Positions 56,171-64,000 of a stretch of 64,000 bases of DNA are shown piece by piece. Both the position numbers and the translations under genes were made by a program. The notes beneath the pieces are model-generated. The model saw only the letters and a program-made list of their open reading frames with translations, made no database searches and was not told the DNA's origin. Where the stretch lies: contig JBAWWL010000001.1 of the NCBI GenBank assembly GCA_037146775.1, positions 325,464 through 389,463 of the forward strand. Reading direction: 5' to 3'. Origin of the DNA: Candidatus Omnitrophota bacterium. Lineage in GTDB: Bacteria; Omnitrophota; Gorgyraeia; Duberdicusellales; 4484-171. The stretch's first letter is position 1. Each line of letters opens with the position of its first letter.

Positions 56171-57419
56171 TTTTGCTACTCTTACAAATTTACTGCTTTT
56201 TATTATTGTTGCCACCTGGTTCCTTATTGCGGGTAAAATTCCTTCCTTTATTTTTCTGATATTTCTTGGCACGCTGTTTTTTATTTTTTTCTTATTTCGC
56301 GCGTTGAAATCCCGCCATTCTTCCAGGAGTAAGGGCGAGCTGGACAGATTAGAAGAAAATCTCAATCTTCTTACCGATGCGGTCAATACAAAAAAAAAGC
56401 TCCTTGAAGCCCTGCCGCTTAAATACGAAAAGATCGCTTCTCTTTTTAAGGTCTCCCATGATTTGATTGAACTGACCGAACCTCAAACCATTTACACATT
56501 TTTAGTGAATACTCTTGAGCGTTTATTTCCTCAGGCTGAAAGCATTATAATTTTTTCTCTCAAGAAAGATTCCCTATCTCTTACCTTTTCTTCCAAAAAA
56601 GAAAAAACTCCTATTAAGGAAAAACACGGAGATATCATAGAGAAATGGGTATTGAAGCAAAACCAATCTCTGGCGATAGACGATATCGCAAGAGATTTTC
56701 GGTTCGATTATAATAAAGTAAATGCTTTTCGCGAACGAAAAATGCGATCTTTTTTGGTAAGTCCTCTTTCTGTGGGAGATAACGCGCTGGGGGTCGTCCG
56801 TGTGGAAAGCAGAAATGTATCGTCTTTTTCCGTAGATGATTCGCGCCTTTTGCGTAGTATTTGTGATTTTGCGGCAGTGGTATTAGAGCGAGCGAATTTT
56901 ATCGAGAATGCCAAGGATCTCGCGGCGAAAGATTCTCTCACGGCGCTTTATGTGCGTGATTATTTTTTCAATCGTTTGCGAGAAGAGTTAAAACGGGCAA
57001 CGCTTAAAAATTCCAATCTCGGGTTGATTATGCTTGATATTGATGATTTTAAGCGCATTAATGATATCCATGGCCATATCGTGGGCGATGCAGTTCTAAA
57101 GAAGCTTGCAAGTATATTGGTTCAAATTGCAGGAGACGCCGGTAATGCGATTTGTCGGTTTGGCGGAGAAGAATTTGTCATTTTTATCGTTGAGTGCAAA
57201 AAAGAACAGCTTATCGCGGCGGCAGAAAAGATTCGTTCAAGTGTTGAACAGGTACAGCTTATGTTTCGCAGAAAAAATATAACATTTACTGTTTCGTTGG
57301 GGCTTGCATTTTATCCCGAAGATGGCAATGATGCCATTACGCTTCTGGATAAGGCTGATCACATGCTTTATCGTGCAAAGAAAACAGGAAAGAATAAGTT
57401 ATGTTATATGGGGCAATAG
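56163..57419 (+). CDS. membrane-anchored GGDEF diguanylate cyclase
   Basis: N-terminal TM helices, GAF-like region, 'RFGGEEF'. Confidence 0.8.
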   Translation: MYNFATLTNLLLFIIVATWFLIAGKIPSFIFLIFLGTLFFIFFLFRALKSRHSSRSKGELDRLEENLNLLTDAVNTKKKLLEALPLKYEKIASLFKVSHDLIELTEPQTIYTFLVNTLERLFPQAESIIIFSLKKDSLSLTFSSKKEKTPIKEKHGDIIEKWVLKQNQSLAIDDIARDFRFDYNKVNAFRERKMRSFLVSPLSVGDNALGVVRVESRNVSSFSVDDSRLLRSICDFAAVVLERANFIENAKDLAAKDSLTALYVRDYFFNRLREELKRATLKNSNLGLIMLDIDDFKRINDIHGHIVGDAVLKKLASILVQIAGDAGNAICRFGGEEFVIFIVECKKEQLIAAAEKIRSSVEQVQLMFRRKNITFTVSLGLAFYPEDGNDAITLLDKADHMLYRAKKTGKNKLCYMGQ

Positions 57420-58369
57420 CCTGTGTATTTGTGATCGTATTTCTTGCAGAAGAAATTTTTGTCTTCCGTCGATTCGTGAACGGTATTGCCCGGAAGAAAC
57501 AATCATTTACAACGCGCGTTGAAACGCTTCACAAAGAGCTTGAGTCGATAAAACAAAATATGGAAGATTTCGATGCACGCATTGCAGAGCATTTTTTCTT
57601 TTATGATTTAACTCGAAAAATAGCGCCCACCCTTGAGATCGATGAGCTTTGTAAGATTTTTTCTGAAGAAATAAAGTATTTAGGTGATGTCGAAAGCGTT
57701 ACCTATTCAAAACCATTTGATGCTGAGGGTTATTTGCAATTTCCTCTGGATGAGGAGAACCTACTCGGGTTATTTGTAAAAACGAAATCAAAAAAAGTGA
57801 CCGAGTACCTGCCTTCGCTTGCAAAATTATTGCGTTTATGCGTCGAAAAGGTTCATCTTTACCACGCGTCTCAGCAGCTTTCTATCTATGATTCGCTGAC
57901 TGAATGTTACAACCGCCGGTATTTTATGAATAGATTTTTCGACGAATTTGAACGTGCCAAGAAGTTCAACCATCATATATCGTTTTTGATGGTCGATATA
58001 GACCACTTTAAAAAAATAAATGATACTTACGGGCATCTTGTAGGCGACGCAGTGTTGAAAACTATTGCCGGTCTTATACAGGAAAATATCCGGGAAATCG
58101 ATTTTTTGGCAAGGTATGGCGGAGAGGAGTTTGCGATTATTTTGCCGGAAACAGATAAGGCAGGAGCCATTATGGTCGCGGACAGAATTTGCGGTAAGGT
58201 TTCTCAGGAGCGCTTAAAGGCATTCGATGAAATGGTGACTACCACTATCAGCGTGGGCGTGGCAAGTTTTCCTCAAAACACGCTCTATGCCGACGTGTTG
58301 ATGGAAACTGCGGACAAGGCGCTTTACAAAGCCAAAGTATCGGGAAGAAACCGCGTATCTTGGTTTTAA
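57401..58369 (+). CDS. GGDEF diguanylate cyclase (second tandem copy)
   Basis: 'RYGGEEF'; 19-nt overlap with the upstream GGDEF gene. Confidence 0.8.
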   Translation: MLYGAIACVFVIVFLAEEIFVFRRFVNGIARKKQSFTTRVETLHKELESIKQNMEDFDARIAEHFFFYDLTRKIAPTLEIDELCKIFSEEIKYLGDVESVTYSKPFDAEGYLQFPLDEENLLGLFVKTKSKKVTEYLPSLAKLLRLCVEKVHLYHASQQLSIYDSLTECYNRRYFMNRFFDEFERAKKFNHHISFLMVDIDHFKKINDTYGHLVGDAVLKTIAGLIQENIREIDFLARYGGEEFAIILPETDKAGAIMVADRICGKVSQERLKAFDEMVTTTISVGVASFPQNTLYADVLMETADKALYKAKVSGRNRVSWF

Positions 58370-58474
58370 GCCTTGCCGTACGATTTCCTGTCGTATCCAG
58401 CGAACACCGAAAATTTATCAACTAAAAATATGTTTTCATTTATACAAAATCTGCTATAATCATGCAATCATATC

Positions 58475-59896
58475 ATGAATAATACATTAGAGGCATATCT
58501 TTTAGAGGCTGTAGGCAAGGCCAAGGAAGAGATTCCCGCGGAGAATCCCTATCGTACCGTTGGCTTTGATAAAGATAAAAAACGATTAGGGTGGCTGCGC
58601 GTCGTGCCTTTTGCGGATATCAAGGCAGTCCTGGAAAAAACCATTCCTTTTTTAGAAAATAAAGAAAACTTTATATTTGTTGGTATGGGAGGGTCAATAA
58701 ACGGAATTAAGCCGTTATTTTCTTTTTTTAAAACAAAATCTCTCTATGCGCTTGATAGCCTGGATCCCGCAGCGCTTAAAAATATTATCAAAAAAATAAA
58801 GCATGTAGATAAAACGCTTATAATAGCGATTTCGAAGTCAGGCACGACCCAGGAGACGCAGCTCCTTTCCGGTACGCTTAAGGAGTTATTCCCGGTGGAT
58901 TGGAAGAGCCATTTTCTTTGGTTAACTGACAAAACCGCGTTCGAAAAGCTTGACGGATTAGGTTGGGCGGGTACCGTACGTTTTCCTATTCAGTTTGATA
59001 CCGAAACTGATGTCGGGGGAAGATTTTCTTCTCCTCACACGCTTATATTTTTTCTTCCTCTTTTCATACTGCTGAAATACAATTCTAAAAAGCTGGAAAC
59101 TATCTACAAAAAGTATGTCGCTTTGCAGGGGAAGGTAAGGGCACAGGCGTATCGATTGGCCGAGAAATCTAAAGATGCTTCGTGTGCCTATTTTTCTCCG
59201 AAAGTGAAAGGGTCTTTCGGCAAAAGTTTTATTTCCTGGATTGTACAGATGTTCCAGGAATCTCTCGGTTCGAAGAAAGATTCGTTGGCGGTAAAAACTA
59301 CCCCCGCTAAAATTGCGGACAATCGTTTCATGCCGGTAGGCCTTAGCCTTGGCGTTACTCATCCGGTTGTTTCCTTAATGTCTCAAATGTATTTTTTCCA
59401 GGTGTTTATCGCATTTTACGCAGGCCTGAAAGGCGTAAATTTTGTAGATCAGGATTTTGTAGAGAAATATAAGGAAGAAATGCGCAAACTGTCATCGGAG
59501 GCCGTAAGTGATATAACTCCGGCGACGCTCGGCCAAGTTATCGAAAAGGTAAAAAAGAATGCGGGCTCAACATATCAGTTTATCGAAGTGGTGCTCTATT
59601 TTTGTCCTTCCGAGCCGACTATACGCGCGGTGCACAACGAATTCACGAAAGCATTTAAAGACAAACATATTTTTCTTTTTATCGGTAGTGACTGGAATCA
59701 TCACTCGTATCAAGCTGCCTTTTCGGACAAGAAGACGTATTATGTATTTCTTGTGTGTTCGCCCTATGCGTCAGAAGTTACGCTCATTGCCCGGGAGACT
59801 TTACGGAAAAATATCGATACGCTCAAACTTATCAGCAAGGCTACCTATCTTACCCTCAAAGATAAATCGCTTCTGTTTTCTTTAAACATTTCTTGA
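58475..59896 (+). CDS. pgi: glucose-6-phosphate isomerase (short form)
   Basis: 'FIFVGMGGSINGIKPL' and 'IAISKSGTTQETQLL'. Confidence 0.7.
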   Translation: MNNTLEAYLLEAVGKAKEEIPAENPYRTVGFDKDKKRLGWLRVVPFADIKAVLEKTIPFLENKENFIFVGMGGSINGIKPLFSFFKTKSLYALDSLDPAALKNIIKKIKHVDKTLIIAISKSGTTQETQLLSGTLKELFPVDWKSHFLWLTDKTAFEKLDGLGWAGTVRFPIQFDTETDVGGRFSSPHTLIFFLPLFILLKYNSKKLETIYKKYVALQGKVRAQAYRLAEKSKDASCAYFSPKVKGSFGKSFISWIVQMFQESLGSKKDSLAVKTTPAKIADNRFMPVGLSLGVTHPVVSLMSQMYFFQVFIAFYAGLKGVNFVDQDFVEKYKEEMRKLSSEAVSDITPATLGQVIEKVKKNAGSTYQFIEVVLYFCPSEPTIRAVHNEFTKAFKDKHIFLFIGSDWNHHSYQAAFSDKKTYYVFLVCSPYASEVTLIARETLRKNIDTLKLISKATYLTLKDKSLLFSLNIS

Positions 59897-60000
59897 CGGC
59901 CTCGCGTTTTTTGCGCTCGGTGTCGTAGCGTAAAAATACATAGTTTAATGGGCTTGCGTTACGTTTGATTTTTATACTGCGGATGGTATAATTCCTAACT

Positions 60001-61029
60001 ATGAAGCGGTTATTTATTAGTATAGTGCTTATTGTTATCAGCGGATGTGCAACAGCGCCTCACAGAAATGCGCCTATTGCAGGTGGCCCTGACGATTATG
60101 TATCGGTTGAAGACTTTTGTAAAAAACATAATTTTCAATATAGCTTTGATACCTTGGATGATATGATAAAGATTTCTTCGGTAAAGGATGATATTCGATT
60201 GGTGTTGTATTCAACCGTTGCATATATGAATGGCAGTCTTATTGACGTGAAGAATGCTCCGATGTATTCCAACGGAAAGATTTTGATTCCGCAGGAATTA
60301 GAAAAAATAGTTTCTTCCAAAGAATCGGGCGTGTCTAAGCCGTCTATCAGCATTTCGAACATTGTGATCGATCCTGGCCACGGCGGCAAAGATCCCGGGG
60401 CAATTTCTTGCAGAGGAGCGAAAGAGAAAGATTTTAACTTAAAGATAGCAAAATATCTCAAGGCTGAGTTGGAAGAAAGAGGATTTTCGGTAACCTTAAC
60501 GCGTACGTACGATGAGTATCTTTCGCTTCAGGAGAGAGTAGACATTGCGAAAAAACGTAACGCTGACCTTTTTATCAGTATACACGCTAATTCCAGCCGT
60601 TCAAAATACATGAAGGGAGCGGAAGTATATTATCTTTCTCCCGCTCGGCTTAACAGCGAAGAAAGAGCCGTCAATCTGGCAAAACAGGGAAATTTTGGTT
60701 CCCGTCAACTACCCGTAGATGTGGAAACGATCCTTTGGGATTTGTTGCTTACCAAGAATTACGCGTCTTCTGTTGCTTTTTCTCATTCAGTCTATTTTAG
60801 TTTCAAGCAGCTGGGATTGAAAGTGAAAGTGCCCCGCAGGGCCCCTTTTTATGTATTGCGTAATGCCTATGTTCCCTCGGTGCTGGTAGAAACGGGATAT
60901 TTGAGCAATCGGTACGAAGAAAAATATTTAAAAAAAGAATCATACCAGAAACAAATAGCCGAAGCAATTGCGCTTGCGGTAGTTTCTCTCGATAAACAGC
61001 ATAAAACATTAGCGGTGTATCATGAATAA
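60001..61029 (+). CDS. N-acetylmuramoyl-L-alanine amidase (Amidase_3; lipoprotein signal)
   Basis: 'IVIDPGHGGKDPGAIS', 'FISIHANSS', lipobox 'ISGCA'. Confidence 0.85.
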   Translation: MKRLFISIVLIVISGCATAPHRNAPIAGGPDDYVSVEDFCKKHNFQYSFDTLDDMIKISSVKDDIRLVLYSTVAYMNGSLIDVKNAPMYSNGKILIPQELEKIVSSKESGVSKPSISISNIVIDPGHGGKDPGAISCRGAKEKDFNLKIAKYLKAELEERGFSVTLTRTYDEYLSLQERVDIAKKRNADLFISIHANSSRSKYMKGAEVYYLSPARLNSEERAVNLAKQGNFGSRQLPVDVETILWDLLLTKNYASSVAFSHSVYFSFKQLGLKVKVPRRAPFYVLRNAYVPSVLVETGYLSNRYEEKYLKKESYQKQIAEAIALAVVSLDKQHKTLAVYHE

Positions 61030-61816
61030 CCGGCCCATTGGCATATTCGATTCGGGGGTTGGAGGATTGACGGTGTTAAACGCCGTCACCAAGATTTTGC
61101 CTAAGGAGGATATCATTTATTTCGGCGATACCGCCCGGGTTCCTTACGGTAATAAGTCAAAATCAACCATTGTCAAATTTAGCACCGATAATATTTTATT
61201 TCTCTTACGAAAAAAAGTAAAAATGGTTATCGTGGCCTGTAACACTGCATCCGCTTTGGCGCTAGACTATCTGCAGGGAATATTTAATGTTCCGATCATC
61301 GGCGTTATCGAAGCGGGGGCAGTGAAGGCGTTAGAGATGTCGCAGTCCAAGAAAATCGCTATCATCGGCACACGTTCGACTATCGCAAGTGGCAGTTATG
61401 AGAAAGCGATAGTAAAACGGGCCAAAGAAGCAAAAGTATACACGAAAGCCTGCCCCTTATTTGTGCCGTTCGTAGAAGAAGGAATCGTAAAAGGAAAAAC
61501 GGTACAACGTATCGTAGAGATGTATCTGGCGGATTTTAAGAGAAGCGATATCGATGTAATTATTTTAGGTTGCACGCATTACCCGCTTCTTAAGAATGAA
61601 ATTGCGCAGTATTTAAAAGGCGTGCACATTGTTGACTCGGCAACGGAAGTAGCTTTCCATGCAAAAAACGTTCTTGCCGCGCACAAAAGTCTGCGTTATG
61701 AACGCCGAAGAGGGACGCAGGAATTTTATGTAACCGATGAGCCAAGAGGATTCATGAAGCTCGCAACGCTATTTCTTAAGCGCCAAATCAAAAAACCGGG
61801 AGTGGTCAATGTTTAG
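61022..61816 (+). CDS. murI: glutamate racemase
   Basis: 'IGIFDSGVGGLTVL', 'VVACNTAS', 'ILGCTHYPLL'. Confidence 0.9.
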   Translation: MNNRPIGIFDSGVGGLTVLNAVTKILPKEDIIYFGDTARVPYGNKSKSTIVKFSTDNILFLLRKKVKMVIVACNTASALALDYLQGIFNVPIIGVIEAGAVKALEMSQSKKIAIIGTRSTIASGSYEKAIVKRAKEAKVYTKACPLFVPFVEEGIVKGKTVQRIVEMYLADFKRSDIDVIILGCTHYPLLKNEIAQYLKGVHIVDSATEVAFHAKNVLAAHKSLRYERRRGTQEFYVTDEPRGFMKLATLFLKRQIKKPGVVNV

Positions 61817-62177
61817 GATAAAAGTAATTCAAACGTTTAGCGCCGCTCATTCGTTGCGCGGTTATAAAGGTAAATGTGAAAGTTTGCATGGCCACAACTG
61901 GAGAGTTGAGGCAGTTATCTGCGGCAGCTCACTTAATGCGACAGGTATGGTCATCGATTTTGGCAAAGTAAAAGAAATGCTTACCGAGATTCTGGATGAG
62001 CTCGACCACACGCACTTAAACAAGATAGCTTATTTCAGAAAAAATAATCCCAGCTCGGAGCATATCGCTAAATATATATATCAGCGCTTAGAGGCGTATA
62101 TGCGAGAAAAAGAATGCAAAGTTGAAGAAATATGTATTTGGGAAACGGATACTTCTTGCGCGGCTTATAGCGAATGA
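61809..62177 (+). CDS. queD: 6-carboxy-5,6,7,8-tetrahydropterin synthase
   Basis: 'FSAAHSLRGYKGKCESLHGHNW'. Confidence 0.8.
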   Translation: MFRIKVIQTFSAAHSLRGYKGKCESLHGHNWRVEAVICGSSLNATGMVIDFGKVKEMLTEILDELDHTHLNKIAYFRKNNPSSEHIAKYIYQRLEAYMREKECKVEEICIWETDTSCAAYSE

Positions 62178-62833
62178 AGAAAGCGGTTATTTTACTTTCC
62201 GGCGGGTTAGATTCGGCTACGACACTTTATTTTGCCAAAAAGTATGGCCACGATTTAACCGCTCTTATTTTTGACTATCATCAGCGACATAAAAAAGAGA
62301 TAAAAGCGGCAAAAAAAATCGCAAGTTTAAATAAAGTTAAATACCACATTGTAAAAATAAGTCTCGCGTGGACGCGCTCCAGTTTAACTGATGCAAAAAA
62401 GAATGTTCCGTTAAATCGTAATTTAATTGCAACCAAAATTCCTTCTACCTATGTGGCAGCGAGAAATATCGTTTTCTTAAGCTATGCCTATTCGCTGGCT
62501 GAAAGTATCGGCGCAAATAAGGTATTTATCGGCGCGCATATCCAGGATTATTCCGGTTATCCCGATTGCCGTCCAGAGTTTTTGGAGGCTTTTCAAAAAG
62601 CAGCCAATAGTGGTATGAAGCGCGCTGATGTCAAAATAGAAGCTCCTTTAATAAATAAAAGTAAAAAAGAAATAATTGAAATGGGTTTAAGGCTGGCGGT
62701 ACCTTTTCAGCATACCTGGTCATGTTACCAGGGCGGGAAAAAGCCATGCACCAAGTGTGATAGCTGTCGGTTCAGGATAAAGGCGTTTGAGGAATTGGGG
62801 ATGATAGACCCGCTATTGGAGAAATCTTTGTAA
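62174..62833 (+). CDS. queC: 7-cyano-7-deazaguanine synthase
   Basis: 'AVILLSGGLDSAT' PP-loop; C-terminal 'CYQGGKKPCTKCDSC'. Confidence 0.9.
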   Translation: MKKAVILLSGGLDSATTLYFAKKYGHDLTALIFDYHQRHKKEIKAAKKIASLNKVKYHIVKISLAWTRSSLTDAKKNVPLNRNLIATKIPSTYVAARNIVFLSYAYSLAESIGANKVFIGAHIQDYSGYPDCRPEFLEAFQKAANSGMKRADVKIEAPLINKSKKEIIEMGLRLAVPFQHTWSCYQGGKKPCTKCDSCRFRIKAFEELGMIDPLLEKSL

Positions 62834-62859
62834 TCCTGACTGCCGATAGGCAGGCGTCT

Positions 62860-62874
62860 AATCTGTGTAATCAG
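62860..62874. promoter_or_regulatory. third copy of AATCTGTGTAATCAG in the queC-queE spacer, followed by TATAAT that overlaps the queE ATG
   Basis: exact 15-mer shared with the dnaK upstream region. Confidence 0.3.
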
Positions 62875-62879
62875 CTATA

Positions 62880-63545
62880 ATGAAAGCCAGAATTTCCGAA
62901 ATTTTTAAAAGTATTCAGGGTGAAGGTGTATATCAGGGCAAAGAACAGGTGTTTGTGCGATTCTTTGGCTGTAATCTCAACTGTCTATTTTGTGATACTA
63001 AGCCGGAACGCTATGAAGAAAAAACAATAGAAGAGGTTATTAAGGATATTTCTGCGTATACGGATTATCATTCTCTTTCGATAACCGGAGGAGAACCGTT
63101 ATTGCAAATCGATTTTTTAAAACAGTTATTGCCGCGTTTGCGGGCGAGTGGGCGGCGTATTTATTTAGAAACTAACGGTACCTTGTACCGTCAGCTAGAG
63201 CAAGTGGTCGGTTTGGTGGATATTATTGCTATGGATTTTAAGCTGCCTTCTTCTACCGGTACAGGTGAATTTTGGGTGGAGCATAAAGCATTTTTTGAAA
63301 TTGCTTTACGGAAAGAGGTATTTGTTAAGGCGGTTATCGGCTGCGAGACGCAGGTGGCTGATGTAACGAAGATGCTTAAAATCATTAATGAGTTAGCGTC
63401 AGACACGTGTCTTGTGCTGCAATCACAGTATCCTTTTGAGGGCATGCTGCAGTTAAAATTAAACGCTATTCAGGCTTTGGCTCAGGAAAGCGGCATCAAT
63501 GCGAGAGTTCTTGGGCAACTGCACAAAGTTTTGGGTGTACGATGA
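62880..63545 (+). CDS. queE: 7-carboxy-7-deazaguanine synthase (radical SAM)
   Basis: 'IFKSIQGEGVYQGKEQVFVRFFGCNLNCLFCDT'. Confidence 0.85.
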   Translation: MKARISEIFKSIQGEGVYQGKEQVFVRFFGCNLNCLFCDTKPERYEEKTIEEVIKDISAYTDYHSLSITGGEPLLQIDFLKQLLPRLRASGRRIYLETNGTLYRQLEQVVGLVDIIAMDFKLPSSTGTGEFWVEHKAFFEIALRKEVFVKAVIGCETQVADVTKMLKIINELASDTCLVLQSQYPFEGMLQLKLNAIQALAQESGINARVLGQLHKVLGVR

Positions 63546-64000
63546 ATATTCCTGCGGGTAATAGAATTGAACAGTTAGCGGCGCAGGCAAATTTTACGTT
63601 ACGCCGGGATGTGATGAGCCTTTTGCGTAAAGCTTACCGCCGGGAACGTAATCCGCGCTCAAAAAACGCGTTGGGTTGGATTTTGGAAAATGCGAAAATA
63701 GCTCAAAGAGAACATCTTGCAATTTGCCAGGATACCGGGTTGCCGATTGTGTTTATCGAGGTGGGCCGCGGTAGCGTTGTTTCTCCTAGCGTCATAGAAA
63801 AAATAAAAACAAGCATAGAAAAAGGGTATATAAAGAATTATCTTCGTTCTTCTATCGTCGATCCTCTCGTCCGCGGAAAAGCTTCCTATCGCGGCGCAGT
63901 TGTCCATATTGAATGTTCGTCCAGAATGAAAGGGATACGCCTCACGCTTTTACCTAAAGGCTTTGGAAGTGAAAATAAGTCACAACTGAAAATGTTTAAT
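63542..64000 (+). CDS. class I fumarate hydratase / Fe-S hydro-lyase alpha subunit, N-terminal part (runs off the window end)
   Basis: ATGA overlap with the queE stop; 'AICQDTGLPIVFIEVG'. Confidence 0.6.
   Translation, partial: MNIPAGNRIEQLAAQANFTLRRDVMSLLRKAYRRERNPRSKNALGWILENAKIAQREHLAICQDTGLPIVFIEVGRGSVVSPSVIEKIKTSIEKGYIKNYLRSSIVDPLVRGKASYRGAVVHIECSSRMKGIRLTLLPKGFGSENKSQLKMFN

Noticed and set aside
59559-59885. 108-aa ORF inside pgi in another frame
   Set aside because: It is embedded in a gene with strong PGI motifs.
1-64000. Search for CRISPR arrays, rRNA and tRNA genes
   Set aside because: I found no regularly spaced direct repeats, no rRNA-like conserved blocks and no convincing tRNA T-loop/acceptor structures by eye. 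A tRNAscan or Infernal run would be needed to be certain.

Overview
The window divides into an accessory region of about 39.6 kb and a conserved core from 39.6 kb to 64 kb. The accessory region runs from the window start to about 39,620.

The left 19.5 kb is a stack of three nucleic-acid defence modules, all on the + strand.
- A three-gene operon: a small protein, a single-HKD phospholipase-D-family nuclease-like protein of 640 aa, and a 1279-aa SNF2-type ATPase. It matches no defence system I recognise and is my best candidate for an undescribed system.
- A Type I R-M system in the unusual order HTH-hsdR-hsdS-orf-hsdM.
- A four-gene module of C5-cytosine methyltransferase, MORC/GHKL-type ATPase, Z1-type P-loop protein and HNH endonuclease.

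From 19.5 kb to 39.6 kb the region looks like one or two integrated mobile elements.
- It contains a tyrosine integrase with flanking repeats, many small genes on both strands, and a giant cysteine-rich secreted protein with a transglutaminase-like domain.
- It also encodes SpoVG-like and DUF2958-like proteins, two HerA/VirB4/FtsK-class P-loop ATPases, a replication-relaxation-family protein and an MT-A70 orphan adenine methyltransferase.
- A ~21-nt promoter-like motif recurs upstream of several of these genes.
- An excisionase-like HTH gene and a large serine recombinase sit at the right end. The recombinase 3' end overlaps the 5' end of miaB, which suggests integration into miaB.

The core region is syntenic housekeeping. 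It carries miaB, a TPR-SPOR protein, miaA and hflX. A heat-shock cluster follows: a MerR/HspR-like gene, a CIRCE element, clpB, hpf and hrcA-grpE-dnaK-dnaJ. After that come a small FmdB-family zinc-ribbon gene, DUF1015, accD, an ABC ATPase, two tandem GGDEF genes, pgi, an Amidase_3 gene, murI, queD, queC, queE and the start of a class I fumarate hydratase.

Two near-identical structured intergenic repeats of about 180 nt lie between hflX and clpB and between dnaK and dnaJ. They share a perfect 29-nt hairpin whose 9-nt loop is exactly reverse-complemented between the copies. I found no rRNA, tRNA or CRISPR array by eye. All calls rest on motif-level reading of the supplied ORF translations and the DNA. 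I ran no database searches.
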